Below are positions 1 through 10,095 of a stretch of DNA of 64,000 nt, in pieces. Source of the DNA: a virus; IMG/VR virus record IMGVR_UViG_3300013126_000019, positions 16,689 to 80,688 of that record, one strand, 5' to 3'. A program made the translations under genes and the position numbers. The notes under the pieces are model-generated. The model was given only the letters and a program-made list of their open reading frames with translations, did not search any database and was not told the origin of the DNA. Position 1 is the stretch's first letter. Every line of letters begins with the position of its first letter.

Positions 1-545
1 ACTACATTACCATCATTATCAACTAGCTGGTATGTAACCATTGTTGTAGAAGATATGCTATACGGTTTTGCCTCAAACTCTTCACTTTTAAGTTTTTGAA
101 CTCTTGGGTTTTCTAGCTGAGATCCCCCATAAAGAACTTTGTCTTTAAGGTCTTGAGCAATTTCTGCTTGTTTTTTTCCTAGGCCTAATAAGTCTGAGAC
201 GGCTTGCTCAACAGCTTCCATATCTGTTTGACCATCAATAGGAGTAATGTTCTCAAATTGATTTGCCAATCTAACAAGATCTAATACATTAAGACCATTA
301 TTAGAAAGGTACATTAATAGCGGTACATCAGCACCTGTAGCAATGATTGTTCTAGGTAGATTTTTTATTACATCTACGGCAAGCCCTTGGCGGCTGGTGT
401 CATCACCAACCTCTTCTTGGACTTTGTCATACATCATTTTAATAAAATCATTGAGGTTAAACTTTTGGCTGTTCCTCATAATCTTATGAAGTTCTGCTAA
501 TACTCCCTCAAAAAATTCTTGACCGCTATTTATAGGACAACTCAT
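1..545 (-). CDS. N-terminal part of a large virion cargo protein, truncated by the window edge (candidate for the virion RNA polymerase module)
   Basis: Not in the ORF track. ATG at 545-543 overlaps the upstream TAA (TAATG); the frame MSCPINSGQEFFEGVLAELH... is open to position 1. Position follows the other giant cargo genes. Confidence 0.7.
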   Translation of the reverse strand, partial: MSCPINSGQEFFEGVLAELHKIMRNSQKFNLNDFIKMMYDKVQEEVGDDTSRQGLAVDVIKNLPRTIIATGADVPLLMYLSNNGLNVLDLVRLANQFENITPIDGQTDMEAVEQAVSDLLGLGKKQAEIAQDLKDKVLYGGSQLENPRVQKLKSEEFEAKPYSISSTTMVTYQLVDNDGNV

Positions 546-2050
546 TACTTACACTTTAAGGCGTTTAAAAAATTCTGATCAAATTTAACAAAATTACCGT
601 CACTATCCCTAACATTACTTATTGATTCTGCTACTTTTTGTGGATCTTCAATATAACGCTCAATAACACTTTTGCTTATGTTAAAGCTTTCTTTAAAGTC
701 AGCATCTAGCTTAAGAGAAACAGGCACATCATCTATCATGAGACCTTTAACATCATCTTTACTAATTTCAATAAGTTCTCCTTCTTTATTTAAGATAGTG
801 AATTTATCAGTATCCACCTTTCTTAAGTAGCCAATTTGTCCATCATTTGTAACAATAATATCATTTTTCTTAAACTGGATACGGCTTGTCTTACCTTCTA
901 AAAGTTTATCCTGGGCTTCACTATAAGCATTACTTATAGATTCAATTGTAACACCTTTTGCATTAAAACCTGAAATATCTCTAATATAAGAGTCTACTAC
1001 GGATTCAAAAGCTTGATTTAACTCCTCTACTTGAGTATACTCTAAAAACTTATCTTTAATTTTTTGGTTAATACCTTCCTTAATTGCAGATAGATTAAGG
1101 GATTCTTCTGGACTTAAAGTTAGCTTAAGTGGTGTTTTTGAAACAGCTAGTTTATAATCTCCTGAAGATAATTGTCTTATTTCAATTTTACCAAAGCCCA
1201 GACCAGCCGTTGTATTAAACTGTCTTACCTCATTAGCAAGAGCTGTGTATTTATCAGAACCAATAAATTCTTGATCCGGTGTGGTAGTCTTACCAAAACT
1301 TTTATTAATGGCTTTAATAGCAGACTGAGCAGTCATGCCTACATAAATATTTGGCCTGTTAACAAGAAATCTTGCTCTGGCTTCTGCAGAGTTACGAATT
1401 TCATCTGTAGTAAGTTTAGGCAATTGTAATGGATTGAATTTGAATCCGTTAGCAGTCCCAAATAATATAGGTTCCCCGTTAGCATCTAAGGAATTAGAAA
1501 ATTTATTATATCCAGATATAGCCGTATTGTCTAATACTACCAATACATTAGAGTCTATAGTGGGACCTGCATAAAAACCGCGGACTTTAGCCACTGCTGC
1601 AAAATCAAAGAACTTTTTTGCTGTTACAGCTAAATTTGGATCATTGTAATCCAGTTTAAAGTTTTCTCCTCTATTTGCATTATTATAAAGTTTGACTAAG
1701 TTGGCAACACGTGAATCTGCAAAATCTAAAAAACCAATTCTTGTATCTACAAATCTAATGTTATCTAGAGTCTCTAGTCTAACGTCACTAGTCGGTTGCT
1801 GACTATACACTATAGCTGTATCAGAAGAACTAATTGAGGGGTTATCATAAACTCTTTTTATAGCTTCCCAATTACCAAATTCTTTTATAAAAGTTTTAGT
1901 ATAAGTCGCCGCCCATTTGCCTAATGCTTGTTTAGAATCATTATCAGAAATCTGCAATAACTTTTCATATAATGAAGAGTTTAAGCCATTAGGTGCTAGA
2001 ACTTCACTAACATTGCCAGCATCGTCATATATAATTGAACATTGAATCAT
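545..2050 (-). CDS. virion cargo-module protein (501 aa)
   Basis: TAATG-coupled on both sides. KWAATYTKTFIKEFGNW and LDANGEP resemble the F-x-x-W-F-G-D-W / D-x-N-G-E-P motifs of phage polyvalent proteins. Confidence 0.7.
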   Translation of the reverse strand: MIQCSIIYDDAGNVSEVLAPNGLNSSLYEKLLQISDNDSKQALGKWAATYTKTFIKEFGNWEAIKRVYDNPSISSSDTAIVYSQQPTSDVRLETLDNIRFVDTRIGFLDFADSRVANLVKLYNNANRGENFKLDYNDPNLAVTAKKFFDFAAVAKVRGFYAGPTIDSNVLVVLDNTAISGYNKFSNSLDANGEPILFGTANGFKFNPLQLPKLTTDEIRNSAEARARFLVNRPNIYVGMTAQSAIKAINKSFGKTTTPDQEFIGSDKYTALANEVRQFNTTAGLGFGKIEIRQLSSGDYKLAVSKTPLKLTLSPEESLNLSAIKEGINQKIKDKFLEYTQVEELNQAFESVVDSYIRDISGFNAKGVTIESISNAYSEAQDKLLEGKTSRIQFKKNDIIVTNDGQIGYLRKVDTDKFTILNKEGELIEISKDDVKGLMIDDVPVSLKLDADFKESFNISKSVIERYIEDPQKVAESISNVRDSDGNFVKFDQNFLNALKCK

Positions 2051-5000
2051 TACTTACAGGCTTTAGTTTTTTGGTTAATAATAGTATTTATTTCTGATTG
2101 AGAAGGATTGATATCAGATAAGCTGATAGTTCTTTTTGTACTACTTACCGGTATTACCAGAGAGCTCCCAGCATTAGGATGTATCTTATTAAAGCCATCC
2201 CATTGATTAGTATCGAGAGCGCCATTTTTAGCTTTTGGCTTAGCACTAAAAGATCCCGCATCAAAAGCTCCTAATGTAAGATCTTCTGGTTCAACACTGA
2301 AATCTTTCATAATAGACTCAGCTTCTTTTTTTATACCATTAATACTACCAGTAAACTCTCTTACAATAGTATTACCTTTTTGGTCTTTGAATATAAAAAC
2401 AATACTTGATCCAGAAAATCTACTATACTTGCTTTTGCCATCAGCACCTTTACTAAAAGTAAAACTTTGTGCTTTGACACCTGCTTTAGTTGTTAAGCAA
2501 TAAGAAGCTTTGTACAAAGATTCTTGGGAATCCCAATTAATATCTGCAAATTTCCATTGTAAAAGTTTAGTGACAGCAATGTCATCATTACTAAGCTCTG
2601 ATGCAATTTTGTACTTAAGCTTTACAGTATTTTCACCTTGAGCATTTTGCGGCATGAATTGGAATACAGGTACATAATCTGTTGGTTTAATGTCATAGGT
2701 ACCTATTCTCTTTTTAAATACTTCTCTTGCTTCATTTAACTTTTCAGTAGTAGTATATCTACTAAGGTCACCACCTACATCATCCATGATATAGAAATGT
2801 GCAACACCAACTGTATTATCAAAAGTCATTTGACCCACGCGATCTCTAGTTGAGTTACTTGGTCCGGCAAGGTATTCAAATCCTACATCATTAAACCATT
2901 GATTACGGTACATTAATAAACTATCAGTACCAGAACCTTGACCATCTTTAACAGCACCTAAACTTTGAAAATAAGTATTTTCTTGTATATATGCTAGGCG
3001 GTCTTCATTATCCTTAATTGCTTGAGCGTTTGCAACATCTTCAACAGTCTCTTCTTTAACATTTGATATATCATAAAGACCGTATTTAATAAACCCTCGC
3101 ATTATTGTTTGCTTATAAGCATCAGATACGGGTAACCAGTACATAGTATTATCAATAGCATTGCCAACACTCCATGTTGGTTTTGCCATATCTTCTTCCA
3201 CTGTTGAATTAACACCCATATCAAAACCTGCAACACCTGTATAAAGACCAGAGGCCATACTCATTGCAATAAGAACATTTCTAAGTCTTTTGATAATTCT
3301 TCTTATGATACCATCTTTCTTAGTTTTGGGTGCTTGATCTAAATTTGTTTTAGCTCTTCCAAGAGTAGTACTACTAAAATATCTAGTGACTGCATTTTTA
3401 ATATCTGTAATGATTTCAGTCACAGATTTCTTTTCTTTATCAGCTATCTCTTGAAGTTCTTCAGCTGTAGCCTCTTCTTTTACAAGTTCCTCTATAGGTG
3501 CAGCTAATTGATTTGCTAGATTACCCACAGCATCCTTACCATCAGTATTATTAATAGATTCAGATAATACAGTCATTGGGCTTTTAGAACTGTTAGCCTC
3601 AAATTTATTATACTCATCATCAGCCATACCAAGACCTTCTTGCAGGTCAACAAGTTTTCTAACTTTAGCATCTGTAAAGCCAGTCATATCTTTAGCAAGA
3701 ATCTCAAGATATCTATATGAATCTTCAGATAGCTTGCTCATTAATACTCTAAACTCACGGTTAGTTAAGAAGTAAGCTGCAACTTGGTGTGCAGGATTCT
3801 TATCTAATATATAGTTGAGTTTATCTAAAGTATCTTGGTATGGGTAGCCTTCTGCAATCTTTTGTCCTAGTATAGTTTTGATAGCCTCAATTCTAACTTT
3901 AGCTTTATTATCAAAACGCTCCATTGCAATACCCTTAACTTTGCTATCAATATATTGATGTATAAGTTTATGTAGGGTAATTTCCATAGGACTAGAGTAA
4001 CCAAGTAATACAGAGTCACCAAACTTAGTACCAGCGGTATCTAGGTTTCTAATAGTTTCCGGGCTAATAGCAAAACCGTTAGCAGAGAAAAATTGGGAAA
4101 ATCCATAAGTGTTTAAAAGATCTGTTATAAAATCTGATAACTGATTCAAGCTGTTATCTTCTCTTTCTAGACCTGTTACTGTTATGGATGGTAAAGTATC
4201 AATAGGAGTTATAGCAGACTTTTCTCTTCTCTTTGCTACATTCTGATATGTATTTTTTACAATAGTCCCTAGCTTACGCATAAACTTAAGTACTCTATCT
4301 AATAAAGTCTTAAGCTTTTCACGTACTTTACCTGTTGTATTTTTATGTGCTCGGCGAAGTTTCTCATATGCATTATTCATAGCCGGTACCATTCTACCAT
4401 AGCTTGTTTGCATAGATTCTCTAAGCTTAGTAGAGGCTTCTCTAATATCATTAAGAGTTTGCTTAGCTCTTTCTGTTAGAGGTGCGACCTTACCTTCAGT
4501 AGCTTTACGCTCAATTTCATTAAGCTCATTCTCTACTTCTGTTGTAGCATTATCAACCCCAGACATACCCTCATTAACATCATCTCTAGTTTCAGGATTT
4601 TTATTGATGTCGTCATTTACTTCTTGCTCCTCAGTCTTTTCTGGTTCTGTTTGAGTAGTTGTAGTCGTTGTAGTTGTTGACCCCGCTTTTTTCTTAAGTA
4701 CTGGAAGTTGTATGTTAACTGTATTATTTGCCTGATTCCACATCACACGTGCAGTAGGCATAAGAGCTAATACCTTTTCTTTTATCTTATCAAATTCTTC
4801 TCTAGTTGCAACATTTATTTCAGTATACAAAGCTTCTTTCTCTTCTTGAGTCTTTGCATTTTGAAGACCTTCTTTTGAAGCCTGATTTAAAGTAATACTA
4901 TTTGTAACAGGATTGTCACTTGCATCTGTAAGAATTTCATAACCTCTATCAAGTTGTTGTGAGTAAACGCGAAGACCCTCTAAAGATATATTAGTTGTTT

Positions 5001-8000
5001 CAGTATACTCATGATCAGCAGGAAGTCTAGACTGAACTTCAGACAGCATAGTTTTAAATGCCTCTTTATTAGCGGACTCATTAGACATTTTAGAAGTCCA
5101 TCTGTTTGTTGGCTTTCCGTTTTCATATATCCGCACATACCCTACATAATCATTATTACTTGTTCCTGACATAAGTACATCAACAAGACCTGATGCATCA
5201 CCAGTATACTCAGCTATACCTATACCATTTACTTCTGAGTAGTTAGAAATAGTAGAACCTGCAATACCACCTCCAATAGCTTGTGCAAACTCTGTTGTCT
5301 CAGGGAATAAATCTGTGTTTCTAGTAGCTTGTGTGTCTATAGAAGTACTATCTTGAGTTTCTACAGGCTTGTTATACTTTGCTTCAATCTCATCAATCCT
5401 ATCTTGTACAGGTTGTAAAGCATCTCTTAATGGTTGTAGGTTAGGTGTTGTATCATTTAAGATAGCTGTGATCCAAAAAGGTTTTGGTGATCCGCCTTTA
5501 GCAACGTCCTCTGCTGTAACATTTTGAAATAACACAGCTGTAAGTTTACCACTTGGATCCCTTGCCACATTAAGCTTACCACCATATGTTAAGTTAAAAG
5601 TTTTATTAGCACCAAATGGATAATCTTCTTTAGGACCAAATATTTCTGGCATTGTTAGCTTTTCAGCCTCAGCAATGATTATTGCATCCTGCATTTCAGT
5701 TTGAACAATACTTTCTTTTTGAAGGGTTATAGCTGTATTGACAATATCACCATAAACTTGCATAATCTCATGCTGTCTAGGTGTAAGATCTTGACCGTTT
5801 TCCTTTCTAGTTTTAATATCTGTGAGGATATCATCTGAAACATTATTAGTTTCTCTAAATGTTCTTAGGTCATCATCTGAAATAACCTCTACACCAGCTT
5901 GTACATTTGTACCATTTGCTGCAGTAGAACCAGGTTGTTGAGATTGAGCGTTAGGATTTACTCTTCCTGTTTGACTATTTATATTATTTATAAGGATATT
6001 AGCAACGGGATCTGTTGTAACAAACTTTTTAAAGTCATCTTCAGTTGGAGCAAATGATGGATCTTGCGCTGTCTTTTGTTTAACAATGTCATCATAATAC
6101 ATTTTTAAAGCTTGGGCATATTCGGGGATACCGACTATTTCCTCAAAAGGCATGTCTTGTGTAACCGGTACGCCTGTAGGAGTAGGGTTAGTTGAAGAAC
6201 CTCCAGTAGCTGGAGTACTTCCAGCCATATTTGCATTAGGATCAATATTAAATGCTGTAAGGTCTACAGCTTCATCAAGTAATGTTTGTTTTGTGCTAGG
6301 AGCTAATTTAAAAATCTTGGTAAAAAAATCACTTAAAGCTTTTTTAAATTCTTGCCATAAAGACTTTGGTGCCGCTCTTTCACCAGTATACTCAATTGTT
6401 CTAAGAGTCATCTGAAAATTCAGATTAGTCAAAGCTTCACTAATGAAGTTTTCCACTGAGTCTAAACCCAAAGGCATTTGAGAAAAGTTATTATCTTTAT
6501 CTAATATGTTTTGCTTAGCTATGTTTAATAGGTTTTGAGCTTTTGCTTTAAAAGTATCATTCTTTTCAAACTCTGTACTAACAATACCTTTTAAGATACC
6601 ACTAAGTATAATAGGCTCAGCTTTGAGAATACCACCAGAGTAGTCTATAGATACGTATCTTAAATCTATCAATACACCTGTTGCTTCAGAATAGCTAACA
6701 GGCTGTGAAAGGTTTCTAACAAAGGTTACTCTTGCAGCACTACTTACTAAACTTTTAAGTCTTTTAGCAAGCAGCTTTTCAGCAGGCGTAGCCTGTGGAC
6801 TTCTTGACAAAGCTTCTAATACATCTTCTGTAGATGAATAAGATTCAGTAGTATCCTCAGAAGCACCGTATTGCTTAGATAATGTAGACATGTTTCTGAT
6901 ATCATCTTTTGACCGTTTGACTCTTGTCATAGTATCAAAAGGTTGAAACTCTGGAATTAGTTTACCACTTAGAGTTTTACCAGTTGTCCTTTCAAATTTA
7001 TCTATTTCAGCTAATAGATCTTTATACTTAGGGCTTGTGTGATCAAGCTCTTCCATAGTAGTAGAATCAATAAAAGCTTCTGGTAATACCGAATCATCTT
7101 CAAAAGCCTGAGCATACTTAGGGTCATAGAAAATCCCCTTATGCATTAAATTATTTAAAAATGCATTTAAATCTTTTTTATGCTGTAGTTCATCAAATAT
7201 CTTGGTGTTATTTTCCTTGTGCATTTTATGCACATTCTCTAAGGCTTGTTTAATCCTACCATGATGTGCTTCAAATCCTGCAGGATCATAAAGCATATTT
7301 AATGAATCAATGCTATTAGAAAAATCTGCACCATGATCTATCATCTCTCTTAGTGAATCAAACACATCATCAATATTTTCTGATAATGGTGTTTCACTAA
7401 CTTCAGAAGCCATACTTTTTATAACATCAAAGAAAGCATCTCTTAGATCTGTAGCATGACTTTCAATTTTATCTGTAACAGGGTCTATAGTTTGATCTGT
7501 TTCCCCATCTTTTTTCTTTTGGTACCTATTTCTTACATAATCAGCAGGAGCGTTTTTCTTAGCATCCTCATACAATTCATAAGCTGATAAGTATTTATTT
7601 AACAGCTCTAGTCTATTATCAATCTGTGCAAGTCTAGCTGCAGCCTTATCCGAAGTAGTAGCAGTTTGTTCATAAGCAATACGCTCTTTATTAAGCATAT
7701 CAATCTCAGTCTTGATTCCATTATTAGTTAAAATGCTAGTGAACTGGGTACCTGAAATATTAGAAATAGGTTTTATCTTACCAGCTTTATCAAGTAAATC
7801 TGCAATATACTGTTGAGCAAGTACTGTATTTGTTTTTAAGAAAGCTAAATCAAATTTAACTTCCTCTACTGCTAAATACTTATATGCTTCCTCATTATAT
7901 TTTTCCGGCTCTTTGGTTCTATCAAAGTTAAATGGATTGTAACGGTTTTCTATTTTCTCAGCTTCTTTAAAGCTTTTCTCCATTACATCTACCTTACTAA

Positions 8001-10095
8001 GAATATTTTCAACTCTATCTCTTAGTGGTTTGTTATTAGCGTCACCCTCAAGTTTGTATCCAGCAAACGCTGCTTGAAGATCTTCATCAGACATTTTGAG
8101 ATACTCTTTAAAGGTATCTCTTAGTAAGTCTACCTGACCAGCTTTAAATAAGGTTTGTATACGTTTTAGTAATTGGGCGTCTTGACTAACCTTAGCTTGT
8201 TTATTGTCTCCAGCATTTTGAGAAGCAAACACATGCTCATAAAAATTAACTTGGTGAGCCAAGTCATTTTCCATAGCATTAAAGTATGACATTGGATCGG
8301 TGTCTAGATCAGTAACTATATCAGTCATCTGTTTTCTAAACTCTGCTCTTTTTTCTTTTGCAGTACTATAATCTTTACTAATACCGGTTTTATCTGCAAT
8401 AATCATTGGAGCTTTATACATTGACCAGTTAAGTGCCTTACTGTATGTACCTAATCCTCCACCAATAGCAAATCCGCTTAAGAATGTTTGTAAACCTTGA
8501 GTTGTAAATTGTTCTTGAATACCCTTAGACATAGAAGCTCTTAGACCCTTGGCCTGAGCAATATCAGGTGTGTTATATAGTGTTGTGTAATAATCTGTGT
8601 AGGCAATATTTAGCATCTCCTGAGCATTTTCTTGGAGACCCTCCATACTACTACCTAAAGCAAAATTTGAAAATCTGCTAGGCGCTGTTTGTAGATAGTG
8701 TTTATAAAAAAGCTTACCCTCTTTAGAAAACGGTAATACAGCTCTTCTTAAATTTTTACCAACACCATTCTCAAGAAAAACTCTCTTACCATTATCCATA
8801 ACATACTTACCACCAAGAGATTCACTTAGCTGTAAAAGTCTTGATGACTTAGGCAGCATTCTTCCTAACAAACTGTCAAATACAAATTTGTTAGTCATAT
8901 AGATTACCATTGAATTCCAAGCTGTAGTTTCACCACCACCCTTTAATGCTAATTCATAGGCACGTTGAGCATCTTCTTGAGAAAGATTTGGATTTGCTTT
9001 TAAAATACCATCATATATGTCATTCTGTGCAGTACCTCCTTCAACCCGCGCTTCCGATAAAGCCATGTTTATTTCAGAAGCATCTCTGAAAAAATCACCA
9101 AAGTAAGCTTTATTTTTAGACAACTCCTCCATAGTTCTACCAGCTCTGACACCTTTATAGGTATCATATACATTACTTGTTGTTCTATAGAAAGGATTTA
9201 TTAATGCGTTGGCTGTTTTTCCTGCACCAACTCCTGCAAACTTTGCAGCTTGCCAAAAGTCTTTAGCTCTATCTACAGTTTTTATTGTATTTAATAGTTC
9301 AGCACCAACTCTGATACTTCTACCTAAAGCACCTACATTACGTACAGTTCTTAAAAAGCTAACACCACCCGCTGATCCTTCTGATAAAGCTGTAATACCT
9401 ACAAGAGCTGCTTCTTCTAAAGCAAATTCAGTAACAGCTCCCATGGAATATTGTAAAGAAGACATGGTATTAGCAGCACCACCCCAAAAACCACCTCTGT
9501 TAGTTTGATACAACTCCATTGTATCTGTCATTAATCTTGCCGCAGCGGGATCTGTGGGTTTATTCCATTCAAACCAGTTAGTTGCTTGATCAACCATACC
9601 TGCTTTAAATAGTCTATTGGGGGCAACGGCTGTTTTAAAGTCTTCCCAGCCACTTGCATATCCTAAGTATCTATCTGTATTGTCTAAGTATGGTGAAAAT
9701 CCAAGTCTATCAAATGCGGAATGATTATAAGCTTTTGCAAAATTTAAACCATTATTAGCAGCTCCGTATATACTTATTGCACCTGCTGATTTAGGATCAT
9801 AAGAAAAGTTTCCATTATTTAAATAATCAGCTATGGATGATCCTGTAACATTATTATTTGGTCCGGTTAAACCGTTACCTCCAATATTCCTATAAGCCTG
9901 TGAAAGAGGTGTTGGAGTAAATTTACTAGTGTATAAATCAGGTAAGTTATTTGAGCTAAATGCTGGCACGTTAGCATCCGGTAATTGTGTACCTGAATTA
10001 CTTTGAAAAACTGGCGGTGTCGCAAGTGATTGTGATAAATCCTCAGAAGTAAACAAAGGATTAGTAGCTTGAGTAGTTTCAGTATTTTCTTCCAT
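2050..10095 (-). CDS. giant virion cargo/ejection polyvalent protein (2681 aa)
   Basis: Size and position after the tail genes; Gly/Ala-rich hydrophobic segments near the N-terminus; two decayed zincin-like segments; low-complexity linkers. Confidence 0.75.
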   Translation of the reverse strand: MEENTETTQATNPLFTSEDLSQSLATPPVFQSNSGTQLPDANVPAFSSNNLPDLYTSKFTPTPLSQAYRNIGGNGLTGPNNNVTGSSIADYLNNGNFSYDPKSAGAISIYGAANNGLNFAKAYNHSAFDRLGFSPYLDNTDRYLGYASGWEDFKTAVAPNRLFKAGMVDQATNWFEWNKPTDPAAARLMTDTMELYQTNRGGFWGGAANTMSSLQYSMGAVTEFALEEAALVGITALSEGSAGGVSFLRTVRNVGALGRSIRVGAELLNTIKTVDRAKDFWQAAKFAGVGAGKTANALINPFYRTTSNVYDTYKGVRAGRTMEELSKNKAYFGDFFRDASEINMALSEARVEGGTAQNDIYDGILKANPNLSQEDAQRAYELALKGGGETTAWNSMVIYMTNKFVFDSLLGRMLPKSSRLLQLSESLGGKYVMDNGKRVFLENGVGKNLRRAVLPFSKEGKLFYKHYLQTAPSRFSNFALGSSMEGLQENAQEMLNIAYTDYYTTLYNTPDIAQAKGLRASMSKGIQEQFTTQGLQTFLSGFAIGGGLGTYSKALNWSMYKAPMIIADKTGISKDYSTAKEKRAEFRKQMTDIVTDLDTDPMSYFNAMENDLAHQVNFYEHVFASQNAGDNKQAKVSQDAQLLKRIQTLFKAGQVDLLRDTFKEYLKMSDEDLQAAFAGYKLEGDANNKPLRDRVENILSKVDVMEKSFKEAEKIENRYNPFNFDRTKEPEKYNEEAYKYLAVEEVKFDLAFLKTNTVLAQQYIADLLDKAGKIKPISNISGTQFTSILTNNGIKTEIDMLNKERIAYEQTATTSDKAAARLAQIDNRLELLNKYLSAYELYEDAKKNAPADYVRNRYQKKKDGETDQTIDPVTDKIESHATDLRDAFFDVIKSMASEVSETPLSENIDDVFDSLREMIDHGADFSNSIDSLNMLYDPAGFEAHHGRIKQALENVHKMHKENNTKIFDELQHKKDLNAFLNNLMHKGIFYDPKYAQAFEDDSVLPEAFIDSTTMEELDHTSPKYKDLLAEIDKFERTTGKTLSGKLIPEFQPFDTMTRVKRSKDDIRNMSTLSKQYGASEDTTESYSSTEDVLEALSRSPQATPAEKLLAKRLKSLVSSAARVTFVRNLSQPVSYSEATGVLIDLRYVSIDYSGGILKAEPIILSGILKGIVSTEFEKNDTFKAKAQNLLNIAKQNILDKDNNFSQMPLGLDSVENFISEALTNLNFQMTLRTIEYTGERAAPKSLWQEFKKALSDFFTKIFKLAPSTKQTLLDEAVDLTAFNIDPNANMAGSTPATGGSSTNPTPTGVPVTQDMPFEEIVGIPEYAQALKMYYDDIVKQKTAQDPSFAPTEDDFKKFVTTDPVANILINNINSQTGRVNPNAQSQQPGSTAANGTNVQAGVEVISDDDLRTFRETNNVSDDILTDIKTRKENGQDLTPRQHEIMQVYGDIVNTAITLQKESIVQTEMQDAIIIAEAEKLTMPEIFGPKEDYPFGANKTFNLTYGGKLNVARDPSGKLTAVLFQNVTAEDVAKGGSPKPFWITAILNDTTPNLQPLRDALQPVQDRIDEIEAKYNKPVETQDSTSIDTQATRNTDLFPETTEFAQAIGGGIAGSTISNYSEVNGIGIAEYTGDASGLVDVLMSGTSNNDYVGYVRIYENGKPTNRWTSKMSNESANKEAFKTMLSEVQSRLPADHEYTETTNISLEGLRVYSQQLDRGYEILTDASDNPVTNSITLNQASKEGLQNAKTQEEKEALYTEINVATREEFDKIKEKVLALMPTARVMWNQANNTVNIQLPVLKKKAGSTTTTTTTTQTEPEKTEEQEVNDDINKNPETRDDVNEGMSGVDNATTEVENELNEIERKATEGKVAPLTERAKQTLNDIREASTKLRESMQTSYGRMVPAMNNAYEKLRRAHKNTTGKVREKLKTLLDRVLKFMRKLGTIVKNTYQNVAKRREKSAITPIDTLPSITVTGLEREDNSLNQLSDFITDLLNTYGFSQFFSANGFAISPETIRNLDTAGTKFGDSVLLGYSSPMEITLHKLIHQYIDSKVKGIAMERFDNKAKVRIEAIKTILGQKIAEGYPYQDTLDKLNYILDKNPAHQVAAYFLTNREFRVLMSKLSEDSYRYLEILAKDMTGFTDAKVRKLVDLQEGLGMADDEYNKFEANSSKSPMTVLSESINNTDGKDAVGNLANQLAAPIEELVKEEATAEELQEIADKEKKSVTEIITDIKNAVTRYFSSTTLGRAKTNLDQAPKTKKDGIIRRIIKRLRNVLIAMSMASGLYTGVAGFDMGVNSTVEEDMAKPTWSVGNAIDNTMYWLPVSDAYKQTIMRGFIKYGLYDISNVKEETVEDVANAQAIKDNEDRLAYIQENTYFQSLGAVKDGQGSGTDSLLMYRNQWFNDVGFEYLAGPSNSTRDRVGQMTFDNTVGVAHFYIMDDVGGDLSRYTTTEKLNEAREVFKKRIGTYDIKPTDYVPVFQFMPQNAQGENTVKLKYKIASELSNDDIAVTKLLQWKFADINWDSQESLYKASYCLTTKAGVKAQSFTFSKGADGKSKYSRFSGSSIVFIFKDQKGNTIVREFTGSINGIKKEAESIMKDFSVEPEDLTLGAFDAGSFSAKPKAKNGALDTNQWDGFNKIHPNAGSSLVIPVSSTKRTISLSDINPSQSEINTIINQKTKACK

